Below are positions 9,048-19,339 of a stretch of 64,000 bases of DNA, in pieces. How positions within the stretch are numbered: position 1 is the first letter of the stretch; every line of letters starts with the position of its first letter. Under the pieces are notes generated by a model, which saw only the letters and a list, made by a program, of their open reading frames with translations, ran no database searches and had not been told where the DNA came from. Source of the stretch: Fidelibacterota bacterium (lineage in GTDB: Bacteria > Fidelibacterota > UBA2242 > JAFGTP01); the NCBI GenBank assembly GCA_016934035.1, contig JAFGTP010000011.1, forward strand, positions 60,486-124,485. The letters run 5' to 3'. A program made the translations under genes and the position numbers.

Positions 9048-10052
9048 TTGAAGTTAGCAAAATGGTGGCAAGCGCTTGAAAACCAAAAAATTCAGTGTAA
9101 CTTATGTCCCAAAAATTGTATCATGAACAAGGACCAGTCTGGATTTTGCAAGGTTCGGAAAAACATCGATGGTAAACTTTATTCAATGGTTTACGGTAAA
9201 CCTGTCGCTCTTAATATCGATCCCATTGAAAAAAAACCTTTGTATCATTTTTATCCGGGTACCAAAATTTTTTCGATTGGTACTTTGGGTTGTAATTTTG
9301 CCTGTAAATTTTGTCAGAATTATGATATCTCCCAAAAGGATTTTGTAAGTATTAATCTGAGAGACGTAAGTCCTCAGGAAGTGATAGAATCAGCCATTGC
9401 AAACAGGTGCCAGTCCATCGCATTTACCTATAATGAGCCAACGGTTTTTGGTGAATATGTATTTGATATTGCGAAAATTGCCCAACAAAGGGGCATGAAA
9501 ACAGTAATGGTTACCAATGGGTTTATCAATAGGAAACCATTGGATGAAATTTATCATTATATTGATGCTGTAAATGTGGATATAAAGTCCTTTTCAGAAG
9601 AATTCTATCGTAATATTTGTAGTGGGGAACTCGGGCCTGTTTTAAAGTCAATTAAGCGATTAAATGAATTGGGTGTATTCATTGAGATTACCAATCTCAT
9701 CATACCCGGCATTAACGATAATCCTGTAAGTATTTATGAATTGTTGCATTGGATCGAAATGGAAATGGGATATGATATTCCCTTACATTTTTCTGCTTTC
9801 CATCCTGACTATAAAATGAGGGATGTTGCACCAACGAAAAAAGAGGCCCTGGATGCCATTTACAAGATCGCCAGGGAAATGGGTTTTAAATACATTTATG
9901 AAGGTAATGTCATGGCAGGAACTCATGACAATACCTATTGTCCGCGTTGCGGAAAATTGCTCATAGAAAGAAATTATTTTTCAATTTTAAATAATTCATT
10001 AAAAACAGACCGATGTGATATTTGCGGTGAGAAAATAAATATTGTTCTTTGA
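9048..10052 (+). CDS. Radical SAM enzyme, AmmeMemoRadiSam-system type (PFL-activase-like)
   Basis: CNFACKFCQNY CX3CX2C cluster motif. N-terminal W…CNLCPKNC and C-terminal CPRCG…CDICG Cys pairs are typical of this family. TTG start. Confidence 0.65.
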   Translation: MKLAKWWQALENQKIQCNLCPKNCIMNKDQSGFCKVRKNIDGKLYSMVYGKPVALNIDPIEKKPLYHFYPGTKIFSIGTLGCNFACKFCQNYDISQKDFVSINLRDVSPQEVIESAIANRCQSIAFTYNEPTVFGEYVFDIAKIAQQRGMKTVMVTNGFINRKPLDEIYHYIDAVNVDIKSFSEEFYRNICSGELGPVLKSIKRLNELGVFIEITNLIIPGINDNPVSIYELLHWIEMEMGYDIPLHFSAFHPDYKMRDVAPTKKEALDAIYKIAREMGFKYIYEGNVMAGTHDNTYCPRCGKLLIERNYFSILNNSLKTDRCDICGEKINIVL

Positions 10053-10244
10053 TAGTTTATAAATATCAAAAATTAAAAGAAGGTATGAATTTCCAGTTTT
10101 TTTAAATAAAAGTATTGAAAATTAATTATGAATTTGTAAATTCTATATCGTTATTTGTTATACCAAAATTAATAATAAGGAGGGGATGCTGACATTACTG
10201 TCACATCCGGTAAAGTTTTAAATAAAAATGATGGGAGCTATTAA

Positions 10245-10766
10245 ATGAAAGATGTAATTAAAACCATTGCAATCGTAATTTTAGCTGGAATATCAATATA
10301 TTTCGCTTACAAATTCGGCACAGTCAACGAACGTATGACAGTGTTAAATAGCCAGGACTCTCTTCAGGCTATTGAAGTCAATCGATTTGATCATGCTGTT
10401 AAAGATTTAGAGTTACAATTTATTGGTCGGGGAAAACACATTCAGGAATTTCAAAAGGATCTGGAAAAACTTGAATCAAAACTCAATGAGACCAAAAATG
10501 AACTGGAAAGAAAAATTGATGATGTGAATTTTGCTTTGGAAGAATATAAGGCAACTACCGGCACTGAATTGAATAGCATCAAAATCAATCTAAATGAAAC
10601 CTCCGACAGATTATCCACTGTCAAAAGAGAAACCAACAATGAAATCATGGATTTAAAATCCATTATGCAGAGACTCAACAGATCACTTAAAACTCTTGAA
10701 GATGATTTAAAAGCCCTTGATGAAAAGAAAATGGATAAACCCGTTGAAGGTGAAAAGAAAAGATAA
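10245..10766 (+). CDS. Membrane-anchored coiled-coil protein, unknown function
   Basis: N-terminal TM (IAIVILAGISIYFAY). The remainder is charged heptad-like coiled coil. Confidence 0.4.
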   Translation: MKDVIKTIAIVILAGISIYFAYKFGTVNERMTVLNSQDSLQAIEVNRFDHAVKDLELQFIGRGKHIQEFQKDLEKLESKLNETKNELERKIDDVNFALEEYKATTGTELNSIKINLNETSDRLSTVKRETNNEIMDLKSIMQRLNRSLKTLEDDLKALDEKKMDKPVEGEKKR

Positions 10767-10790
10767 ATTTATTCTATAAATTTTTGACAA

Positions 10791-10824
10791 AAAAATCATC
10801 CGTTTTCCCGGATGATTTTTTTTT
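10791..10824 (+). terminator. Rho-independent terminator
   Basis: AAAAATCATCCG-ttttcc-CGGATGATTTTT followed by a T-run. Confidence 0.55.
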
Positions 10825-10896
10825 ACATTTTGAAATTTTTTAGAATTCTGTAAAATAGGGTAATGAATTTCAGATGGAAAAAGCGTGAGGTTGGAT

Positions 10897-12261
10897 ATGA
10901 AACGATATCTTATTATTACTTTTTTGTTTTTATTTACCTGCAGCACCAATAAGTCCATAATCCGGGACAAAGATGTTAATGATTTTATTATCGAGGAAAC
11001 TCAATCTGTTTCAGAATATATACCAGCAGATTCGGTATCTGTGAAAGAAAACAAAACCGATTGTGATGCCATATCCGAAATGCAAAAATTCGATTTTACT
11101 CTTTTTCCTGCCGATACTTTTACCCTGTGCGAAGACGGTGCTTTAACGATGAAAATAACAGGTCAGGGCCCTGCGGAAATTTCTCTTTCATGGCAAGACA
11201 ATTCAGGCAATTGGAAAACCGTTAAAAACGGCTCTAAAATTGACGATACCTATGATATTTTTTATGATTCGGATTTTGTCAAAAGTAATATAGGCGTCGG
11301 GCAAAAGCAGATAAAAGCTGAGATTTTATTTGATTCTGCAAAAGAGCCAATTATATTAGAAAAAACAATCTATATACAACGCAGTGGCTCCACACCGGAA
11401 GCCTCATTTTCAGAAAATGTAAATCAAGGCTGTGAAATTAACCTTAAACTGACTTCCGCACTGATTTTTGATGATATTTACTTTGACTCAGGGCAATGGC
11501 GCATTCCGAGTTATAAATTTAATTCCAATTATTCGATTACAATTGCGAAGATTGTGAAAGTGTTAAAAACTGATCCCAATATTGTCATTCTATTAACCGG
11601 CTATTCCGATTATTCCGGCTCCGAAAGTTTCAATCTTCAAATTTCCTATAAAAGATGTGAGACGGTAAAAAATTTGATATTAGATTTTTTTCAGGAATAT
11701 GAAAAAAGCAGGTACTCCAATCGAATTTTTATCGAAAGCAAAGGGGAACAGGATTTTGTGATTCGATCGGATAATGAGGCCAAAAACCGTCTGAATCGCA
11801 GAGTGTCGATTTCCTTGTCTTATGATATGCCTGAGAGGGTTTTGACTTTGAAACAATATTCCTCACAGGTGATGATGCTCAAGGATGTCGATAATCAATA
11901 CAAACAGGGATTGAAGTATTTTTATGCCAAAGAATACCACCAGGCAGGGATGATATTTAATCAAATCGCTGAAAAATATTCAAAACACAAACTGGCTGAC
12001 AATGCAAAGTGGTGGCAGGGTGAAATTGAATTCGCTCAAAAAAACTACGCTCAGGCCATCGAGCAGTTCAAACAAGTGTTCGGCCTTGGAGATGGCAATA
12101 AAGAAGCCTATGCACAATACCGCATTGGCTGTTGCTACAAAGAGATGAATCTGCCGGAAAAAGCCCTGACTGAACTGAAAATTCTTTCAAAACTATACCC
12201 TGATAGTATGGAAGAACGGGATAAAGCGGAGAGGATGATTCGGTTAATTGAGAAGAAATAA
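10897..12261 (+). CDS. OmpA-family lipoprotein with C-terminal TPR repeats
   Basis: Lipobox FLFLFTCS. OmpA C-terminal-like segment (ILLTGYSDYSGSESFNLQISYKRCETV…NRLNRRVSISL). TPR-like repeats at the C-terminus. Start taken at the ATG at 10897. Confidence 0.65.
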   Translation: MKRYLIITFLFLFTCSTNKSIIRDKDVNDFIIEETQSVSEYIPADSVSVKENKTDCDAISEMQKFDFTLFPADTFTLCEDGALTMKITGQGPAEISLSWQDNSGNWKTVKNGSKIDDTYDIFYDSDFVKSNIGVGQKQIKAEILFDSAKEPIILEKTIYIQRSGSTPEASFSENVNQGCEINLKLTSALIFDDIYFDSGQWRIPSYKFNSNYSITIAKIVKVLKTDPNIVILLTGYSDYSGSESFNLQISYKRCETVKNLILDFFQEYEKSRYSNRIFIESKGEQDFVIRSDNEAKNRLNRRVSISLSYDMPERVLTLKQYSSQVMMLKDVDNQYKQGLKYFYAKEYHQAGMIFNQIAEKYSKHKLADNAKWWQGEIEFAQKNYAQAIEQFKQVFGLGDGNKEAYAQYRIGCCYKEMNLPEKALTELKILSKLYPDSMEERDKAERMIRLIEKK

Positions 12262-12420
12262 TCCTGATGATGAATAGTTTTATTCATTGGATTTTATAAT
12301 GACATTTTTATCAATTTTGTCAAATTATTTTGTTGTAAATTCCCTATATTACCCGTTATATTACCTTCTGTGAAAATTGCCAGTGAAACATATAAAACAA
12401 ATATAAATAAACCGGTTCGA

Positions 12421-12451
12421 AAAATAAAAAGCCTTGCATCATTTGCAAGGC
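12421..12451 (-). terminator. Terminator hairpin downstream of tRNA-Leu (possibly bidirectional)
   Basis: GCCTTGCA-tcat-TTGCAAGGC with a T-run on the minus strand (complement of 12421-12430) and a T-rich plus-strand flank. Confidence 0.5.
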
Positions 12452-12464
12452 TTTATTTATTTAG

Positions 12465-12548
12465 TGCCGAAGGGGGGAATCGAACCCCCATGAGCAAAAG
12501 CCCGACGGATTTTGAGTCCGTTGCGTCTACCAGTTTCACCACTTCGGC
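12465..12548 (-). tRNA. tRNA-Leu (anticodon CAA)
   Basis: Reverse complement reads GCCGAAGTGGTGAAACTGGTAGACGCAACGGACTCAAAATCCGTCGGGCTTTTGCTCATGGGGGTTCGATTCCCCCCTTCGGCA. It has a 7-bp acceptor stem GCCGAAG/CTTCGGC, an anticodon stem ACGGA/TCCGT with loop CTCAAAA, a long variable arm and a GGTTCGATTCC T-arm. CCA is not encoded. Confidence 0.85.
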
Positions 12549-12625
12549 TGAAAATGAACGGGGTAAAATTAAATATTTAACAATAAAAATCAAATGAAAA
12601 TTTTTCTTTTTGAAAAGGGGTGATT

Positions 12626-14431
12626 ATGAGTGAAATGAATTTTAAGACAATTGCTGAATTATTTAAAAATTCTGTTGATAGATTTGGAAACAAAGAGGTC
12701 TACAGTTATAAAAGTGATAAGAATTGGGTAACCATCACCTTTCTGGAAGCATGGAACTATGTTAAAAATATCAGCAACGGCTTCTATGCCTTGGGATTTA
12801 AAGCGGGGACCCATGTCGGTATTATTGCTGATAATAGTGTGTGGTGGGCTCTTTTTGACTACAGTACAATCTTCAGCCGAGGCGTTCTGGCAACGATTTA
12901 TCCAACCCTGACACCTAAACAGATAAAATGGATATCCATGCATGCTGAAGCCCGCTATCTTGTTTGCGGAACAAAAAAACTTGCTGAAAAGGTCCTGGCA
13001 ATTATTGATCATCTGAACAATGTGGACTATGTTATTATGCTTGATAACTCAGAAATTGAACATGAAAAATTCATAACTCTTGATTTTTTACTTCAAAAAG
13101 GTAAAGAATTTGAAAAAGCCAATCCCCATGTGTTTGAAGAAGAAGCAAATAAAATAAAATCCTCCGATGTCGCTACCTTAATTTACACTTCCGGAACAAC
13201 CGGTGAACCGAAAGGCGTAATGCTCACCCATGAAAATATTTGCAGCAATGTAATAAGTTCGGTGCAGGTCCTGGAATTGTCTGAAGATGATCGGTTTTTG
13301 TCCTTTTTGCCTTTGAGCCATAGTTTTGAAAGAACTGCGGGCCACTTTTTACCAACATCCCAGGGCTCAAAAATTTTTTATGCCGAAAACCTTCTCAAAG
13401 TCGCTGATAATATCAAAGAAGTAAAACCGACCTTAATGGTTTCAGTCCCCCGGCTGTATGAAAAAATATATGGAAAAATCCTGAATAAAATTTCCGCTGA
13501 TTCGTTCATCAAACAAAAAATCTTTTGGTGGGCTGTTAATGTTGGTAAAAAATGTATTCGAAAAGAGGGCGCCGGAAAAAAAATCGGACCGATACTCAGT
13601 ATACAACGAAAAAATGCCAATAAACTGGTGTATTCAAAAATTAAAGAACAAGTGGGGGGGCAACTGAGATATTTCGTTTCCGGTGGAGCGCCCCTTCCTA
13701 AAGAAATCGGTGAATTTTTTAATGCCATCGGTGTCACAATTCTGGAAGGATATGGTCTTACAGAAACTTCTCCGGTAATCTCCGTTAACCGGCTCAATCG
13801 AAATAAAGTCGGTACTGTAGGGCCTGCAATTCCCGGCGTTCAGGTCGACATTGCTCATGATGGAGAAATTATTATCCAAGGGCCCAATATCATGAAAGGC
13901 TATTATAAAGAAGAAGCGGCAACTGCCGAACTTTTTGACCGGGAAGGCTGGTTTCATACTGGTGATATCGGTGAGATTGATGAAGACGGTTACATCAGAA
14001 TTACTGACAGAAAGCGCAACATTATTGTAACAGCCGGTGGAAAAAATGTGGCCCCGGCTCCTATGGAAAATATTCTGGTGGCCTCTAAATGGATCGAACA
14101 GGCTGTTATTCTTGGAGATAAACAAAAATATATTTCCGCCTTAATCGTTCCTGCTTTTTCAACTCTTGAAGAATGGGCAAAAAATCAGGGAATTAAGTGG
14201 AATTCTACTAAAGAATTAATTAAACTTCCGGCTGTAAAAAAGATTTATGATCAGGTAGTATTAGAATCGATGGATGGTTTCGCACAATTTGAAAAAGTCA
14301 GAAAATATATCCTGCTGCCAGAAGAATTTAGTATTGAAAAAGGGGAACTAACGCCTTCATTGAAAATAAAACGAAATGTGGTCATGAAAGATTATGAAAA
14401 CGTGATAAATGAACTTTATGGAGTAAAATAA
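12626..14431 (+). CDS. Long-chain fatty-acid--CoA ligase (AMP-binding enzyme)
   Basis: AMP-binding motifs YTSGTTGEPKGVMLTH and GYGLTETS, and a C-terminal TGDIGEIDEDGYIRITDRKRNII. ATG at 12626 after RBS AAAGGGG. Confidence 0.8.
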   Translation: MSEMNFKTIAELFKNSVDRFGNKEVYSYKSDKNWVTITFLEAWNYVKNISNGFYALGFKAGTHVGIIADNSVWWALFDYSTIFSRGVLATIYPTLTPKQIKWISMHAEARYLVCGTKKLAEKVLAIIDHLNNVDYVIMLDNSEIEHEKFITLDFLLQKGKEFEKANPHVFEEEANKIKSSDVATLIYTSGTTGEPKGVMLTHENICSNVISSVQVLELSEDDRFLSFLPLSHSFERTAGHFLPTSQGSKIFYAENLLKVADNIKEVKPTLMVSVPRLYEKIYGKILNKISADSFIKQKIFWWAVNVGKKCIRKEGAGKKIGPILSIQRKNANKLVYSKIKEQVGGQLRYFVSGGAPLPKEIGEFFNAIGVTILEGYGLTETSPVISVNRLNRNKVGTVGPAIPGVQVDIAHDGEIIIQGPNIMKGYYKEEAATAELFDREGWFHTGDIGEIDEDGYIRITDRKRNIIVTAGGKNVAPAPMENILVASKWIEQAVILGDKQKYISALIVPAFSTLEEWAKNQGIKWNSTKELIKLPAVKKIYDQVVLESMDGFAQFEKVRKYILLPEEFSIEKGELTPSLKIKRNVVMKDYENVINELYGVK

Positions 14432-14435
14432 AGAA

Positions 14436-15428
14436 ATGGAGACATCCTACAAAAAAGCCGGTGTTGATATTGAAGCCGGTAACAAAGCCGTTGACAGTAT
14501 TAAAGATCTTGTTAAGGGTACCTTTGCGAAGAATGTTTTAACTGGAATTGGTGGCTTTGGCGGCTGCTACCAGTTTGATTTTTTTGATTATGAAGAACCG
14601 GTTTTGGTATCCAGTGCTGACGGCGTTGGTACTAAACTTATTGTCGCCAACCTGATGAACCGGCATGATACCGTGGGCCAGTGTCTGGTAAATCATTGTA
14701 CCAATGATATCCTTTGCACAGGGGCCACACCATTGTATTTTCTTGATTATGTCGGGACCGGTAAACTGGAACAAAATATTTTCCATGAAATCATATCCGG
14801 GCTCACAAAGGCTTGTAAAGAAAATAACTGCTCACTGATTGGTGGGGAAACGGCCGAAATGCCCGGTATTTATCAAACAAAAGATTATGACCTTGTGGGC
14901 ACCATTACCGGAATTGTGGACAAAAAACACATTCTTGCTGACCGGGTTAAAAAGCATGATGTATTGATCGGATTAAAATCTTCCGGTCTGCATACCAATG
15001 GCTATTCTCTGGCTCGGACAGTCCTTTTTGAAAAACACCAAGTCACTGATTATGTAGAAGAAATCGGAATGACCATAGGTGAAGCCCTTCTGGCAATTCA
15101 CCGTTCCTATTTACACCCGGTGAAACCGCTGCTGAAAAAATCTGGTCTTCACGCCATCAGCCATGTCACTGGCGGGGGAATTATTGGCAATACAAAACGG
15201 GTGGTGCCGGAAAATCTTCAACTGAATGTTAACTGGAATGCCTGGGAGTGGTTGCCAATTTTTAAATATATTCAAAAACTGGGACATATATCCCATCAGG
15301 AAATGGGCCAGGTTTTTAATCTCGGCATTGGTTTAATTCTCGTGGCAGCCCCGGAATCAGTGGATGAATTTATCGAATCGCTAAAATTAGCAGGTGAAGA
15401 ATCGACCATTATCGGTGAAGTTATATAA
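14436..15428 (+). CDS. purM: Phosphoribosylformylglycinamidine cyclo-ligase (AIR synthetase)
   Basis: YKKAGVDIEAGNKAV N-terminus and GxGGFGG motifs characteristic of PurM. Confidence 0.9.
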   Translation: METSYKKAGVDIEAGNKAVDSIKDLVKGTFAKNVLTGIGGFGGCYQFDFFDYEEPVLVSSADGVGTKLIVANLMNRHDTVGQCLVNHCTNDILCTGATPLYFLDYVGTGKLEQNIFHEIISGLTKACKENNCSLIGGETAEMPGIYQTKDYDLVGTITGIVDKKHILADRVKKHDVLIGLKSSGLHTNGYSLARTVLFEKHQVTDYVEEIGMTIGEALLAIHRSYLHPVKPLLKKSGLHAISHVTGGGIIGNTKRVVPENLQLNVNWNAWEWLPIFKYIQKLGHISHQEMGQVFNLGIGLILVAAPESVDEFIESLKLAGEESTIIGEVI

Positions 15429-16463
15429 ATGATAGCACGATTTGGCAAAAAAGAAAAAATTGCAGTTTTAGGCGCCGGCAGTTGGGGGACTACGGTTGCG
15501 ATTCATCTTCATAAAATCGGACATAAAGTTAAATTGTGGGAATACTACAAAGAAAATGTTGATCTGATGAAAAAAACTTGTAAGACACCACTGCTGCCCG
15601 GAATTCCAATCTCACCTGAAATATTGATTTCCAACGATATCCATGAAGTTATTGCAGAAGCATCTGTTATTTGTATTGTGGTACCGTCCCATACTGTGCG
15701 AGGTTTACTCAGACGTCTTAAGGGCAAGATTAATGACCAGGTTATATTTGTGAATTTGACCAAGGGAATTGAAGAAAATACTCTGATGAGGATGAGTGAA
15801 GTTATACATGATGTCCTTGAGATATCCAAAAACAGGATCGTTGCTCTTTACGGGCCTTCCCATGCTGAGGAAGTTTCCCGAGAAATGCCAACAACAATTG
15901 TAGCCGCTTCGTCTGACTTGGAAACAGCGTCCCATGTACAAAAAATTTTTATGAATAAATATTTGCGGGTCTATACCAATAACGATATTATTGGCGTTGA
16001 GGTGGGCGGTTCCATAAAAAATGTCATTGCCATCGCTTCGGGAATTTGTGACGGGCTTGGACTAGGTGATAATACCAAAGCTGCCTTGATTACCAGAGGT
16101 TTAATGGAAATTACCCGTATGGGAATGATTTTAGGCGCCCGTGAAGAAACCTTTGCCGGATTGTCCGGTGTGGGGGATTTGATTGTAACCTGCAGCAGCA
16201 AGCATTCCCGTAACCGGTATGTTGGTGAAGAAATCGGAAAGGGACGTAAACTTCAGGAAGTTCTGGACGGAATGTCCATGATTGCAGAAGGTGTTCATAC
16301 TGCCAACACCGTTCACCAGTTGGTGGAAAAATATCATGCTGTCATGCCCATATCCGAGGAAATATATACGGTCCTTTTTAAAGGGAAAGATCCTAAAAAA
16401 GCACTGATTGACCTGATGACCAGAAACCCTGTTACAGAAAGGCATTCTTTACCTGAAAGTTAG
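15429..16463 (+). CDS. gpsA: NAD(P)H-dependent glycerol-3-phosphate dehydrogenase
   Basis: KIAVLGAGSWGTTVA Rossmann motif and GpsA-like length and order. It abuts the purM stop. Confidence 0.9.
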   Translation: MIARFGKKEKIAVLGAGSWGTTVAIHLHKIGHKVKLWEYYKENVDLMKKTCKTPLLPGIPISPEILISNDIHEVIAEASVICIVVPSHTVRGLLRRLKGKINDQVIFVNLTKGIEENTLMRMSEVIHDVLEISKNRIVALYGPSHAEEVSREMPTTIVAASSDLETASHVQKIFMNKYLRVYTNNDIIGVEVGGSIKNVIAIASGICDGLGLGDNTKAALITRGLMEITRMGMILGAREETFAGLSGVGDLIVTCSSKHSRNRYVGEEIGKGRKLQEVLDGMSMIAEGVHTANTVHQLVEKYHAVMPISEEIYTVLFKGKDPKKALIDLMTRNPVTERHSLPES

Positions 16464-16466
16464 ATA

Positions 16467-19181
16467 ATGAAATTTCATAAATTCAGTATTTTACTTTTTC
16501 TGATCCTAAGTGGTTTCAGTCAAGAACTTCATAAAGAGCCGGTTGCGATACCGGCTCCTTTTGAATTACAGATGAATATTGATCTTGAAAGAGTGGTCCA
16601 GCCTTTGGCCAAAGTGGCCGTTACCGGAGATACGACTTTTTTTATTCGAAAAAACCTTCGCGATAATCAAGTTACCCTGGAAAGTGTGGAATTTTATTTA
16701 CTCTTTGAAAATGACACCATCAGAATATATGCAGAATGCACGGAATATGATTCGGGACGGGTCAATGACAATGATATTGAAAATATCTCCAATGCCTTAT
16801 TATCGGAAACTCCAGCAAATTCAATGGACCCTTCCTGTGGAATGCTGGCGAACCTGAACACAATTTTTGGTGATTTTCCCGATGTGGACAATAATAGCAA
16901 ACTATTTGTCCTGCTGATTGATGCCCGTGATGATTATGATCCTGCAACCTCGGATTCTTATGTAGCCGGTTATTTTGATCCCATTGATCAGAGCCAGAGC
17001 AAAGGAAATTACAGTGACATCATCTATATTGACACCAATCCGGCCCAGATGACGGATAATCACACCTTGGGTGTGGTCGCGCATGAACTTCAACATCTGA
17101 TTCATTATCACTATGATCCGGACGAAAGCACCTGGCTTAATGAAGGTTTTTCAGAACTGGCGCCGCAATTGCTGGGTTATGAATCCCATTCCTTTTCCAG
17201 GTTTTTGAGTGCAACCAACAAAAAACTGACGGATTTTGACGGCTCACTACTGGACTATTCCAAAGTATCTTTGTGGACCTACTACATTTATAAACGTTTT
17301 GGCCTTGGCGCAATTCGCCAGGTCCTGAGAGACCCCTCCAACAGCATGATTTCCTACGAATCCAGTCTGCAGACTCTGGGATATAATATCACTTTTCGCA
17401 GATTACTTCGGGATTGGTTCCTGGCCAACCTGCTCAACGACCCAACCATCGAAGAGGGTATCTACAGTTATTCTGGGGCTTATATTCCCTTGATTGAATC
17501 TGAATTTTACCATTCCAATTTTACAAATGGTGAAATTATTCACGGAACGGTGCAACCTCAGGCGGCCCAGTATATTCAGTTTGATGGCGGGCGTAATATC
17601 TATCTCTCCCTTGACTTCCAAATCCATTCCCTGGCTGAATTGACAGTGATCAAGCATAAGAATCCGTCTGAAATAGAAATCATCAATATCAATAACGGGA
17701 AATTTGATTTTGAAGATCTTTCCTTTGGTGAAGATTATAAAAGACTCAGCCTTGTATTGGATTGGACAGCTTCGGTCAGCAATACCCAGTTCCTGGAATT
17801 TTCCTATTCAGCCGTCGGTATCGGTGGTTTTGAAGAGATTGAGTATAAAAACGATAGTGATACCCTGGATTATTATATTGCTCTGAACTCCAATTATCTG
17901 GCGGCAGAAAAGTTTTATTCTGAAGAGGCTTCTGAAATCACATCGATAAAATTTAATTGTGGGACATCCAATCCTGTTGACATAAAAATCTATACAGACC
18001 TTGCCCGTAATCCTTTTCTGAGTTTTGATGATATTCCTTCCAATAGCCAGGGCTGGACGATTTACAATCTGCAGAATCCTATTCCGATTTCGGAACAGGG
18101 AACCTATTTTATTGCCCTCACCTCTGCCAACAGCAGTGGAATCACTGTGGGGTATTCTGACAACGGTACCGGCAAAAATTGGGCTTTTCTTAACACCGGC
18201 AGCGGCTATGCTGATCTGGATAATTTTTCTGTTGATGAAAATCATGTATTGACAGGCAACTGGAAAATTCGCTCAGTGAACCGTTGTGAAATTTTCCAAG
18301 CCCCGGAGTTGGTTCTTGAACCGGACACCCTGTTTTTTTTCAGCGATGATACAGCAGAAAAAACATTTTCAATCAGCAATCTGGGAACGGAAGTAATGCA
18401 TTGGAGCGTAAAAAAATACTCTCATCTGCTGACTCTTTCCGATACTGTTGGCCTGCTGAGCAGCGGCACCAAAAATATTTCTGTAACTCCTGATTTTGAG
18501 TCTCTTTATGCCGGTTTATATGAAAGTGACATTATCATTGAAACGGACAACAACAGGGATTCCGTGCATATAGTTCAGATAAAAAAGAATGTCTTCACAG
18601 CCCAAACGGCTTTTTTGCTCCCAACAGATATTTTTGATCAAAATTTGATAAAAATGAAGGTCTTCAACATCGGACTCGGGATCGGAGAGTTTAATATCAA
18701 AGAATATCCTTCTTATCTGGCGGTCAATCCTGAAAACGGATTCATTTTACCGGAAGATACCCTTGTTGTAGACCTGATGATTGACAGCAGCCTGGTGGCT
18801 GCAAAAAGTTTTGGGTTTGTCTTTGAAAACGGTGTCGGTGAAATTTATCGCAGCCTGAAATATAATCGAACAATGGAAATTATTGAGAGTGAAAATTTGA
18901 AAATTTATGCTCCGGCCCCCAATCCTTTTATACCCCAGGTTCATGGAAAAACCAACATTTTGGTGAATATAAAAAATAACCAGAAAGCAGTCGTAAAGAT
19001 TTTTAATCTTAAAGGTGAAAAAGTTTACTTCACGACCATAGAAAATTCCGGTAAAGGTTTGCACCTTGTTATCTGGAATGGTTTGACTGAAGCGGGAAGT
19101 CCAGCCCACAGTGGTCTGTATTTTGTTCAAGTTGAACAGGGGGGGGCGCGAGCTGTTACCAAAATGGTGGTCATCAGGTAA
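16467..19181 (+). CDS. Secreted zinc metallopeptidase (gluzincin, HExxH…NEGFSE) with T9SS C-terminal sorting domain
   Basis: Signal peptide. VAHELQHLIHY…WLNEGFSELAP is a thermolysin-like HExxH plus a downstream Glu. The last about 80 aa (KIFNLKGEKVYFT…GLYFVQVEQGG…KMVVIR) resemble a T9SS type-A CTD. Confidence 0.55.
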   Translation: MKFHKFSILLFLILSGFSQELHKEPVAIPAPFELQMNIDLERVVQPLAKVAVTGDTTFFIRKNLRDNQVTLESVEFYLLFENDTIRIYAECTEYDSGRVNDNDIENISNALLSETPANSMDPSCGMLANLNTIFGDFPDVDNNSKLFVLLIDARDDYDPATSDSYVAGYFDPIDQSQSKGNYSDIIYIDTNPAQMTDNHTLGVVAHELQHLIHYHYDPDESTWLNEGFSELAPQLLGYESHSFSRFLSATNKKLTDFDGSLLDYSKVSLWTYYIYKRFGLGAIRQVLRDPSNSMISYESSLQTLGYNITFRRLLRDWFLANLLNDPTIEEGIYSYSGAYIPLIESEFYHSNFTNGEIIHGTVQPQAAQYIQFDGGRNIYLSLDFQIHSLAELTVIKHKNPSEIEIININNGKFDFEDLSFGEDYKRLSLVLDWTASVSNTQFLEFSYSAVGIGGFEEIEYKNDSDTLDYYIALNSNYLAAEKFYSEEASEITSIKFNCGTSNPVDIKIYTDLARNPFLSFDDIPSNSQGWTIYNLQNPIPISEQGTYFIALTSANSSGITVGYSDNGTGKNWAFLNTGSGYADLDNFSVDENHVLTGNWKIRSVNRCEIFQAPELVLEPDTLFFFSDDTAEKTFSISNLGTEVMHWSVKKYSHLLTLSDTVGLLSSGTKNISVTPDFESLYAGLYESDIIIETDNNRDSVHIVQIKKNVFTAQTAFLLPTDIFDQNLIKMKVFNIGLGIGEFNIKEYPSYLAVNPENGFILPEDTLVVDLMIDSSLVAAKSFGFVFENGVGEIYRSLKYNRTMEIIESENLKIYAPAPNPFIPQVHGKTNILVNIKNNQKAVVKIFNLKGEKVYFTTIENSGKGLHLVIWNGLTEAGSPAHSGLYFVQVEQGGARAVTKMVVIR

Positions 19182-19339
19182 ATACTTCATTTTTCTCACC
19201 TATATTCTAGTTCCCCAATATTACAAATTATTCCTTTTTATTATTATTCAGCTCAATTTTACAATATTTTAATAAAATAAATTTTTTCAGAAAGACAACT
19301 TTTAACCTGTTGTCATGTCCTATATTGGCTGGTTATTAA

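Noticed and set aside
12370-12597. 75-aa ORF on the plus strand
   Set aside because: It completely overlaps the tRNA-Leu(CAA) gene on the opposite strand and has no RBS. It is a spurious ORF.
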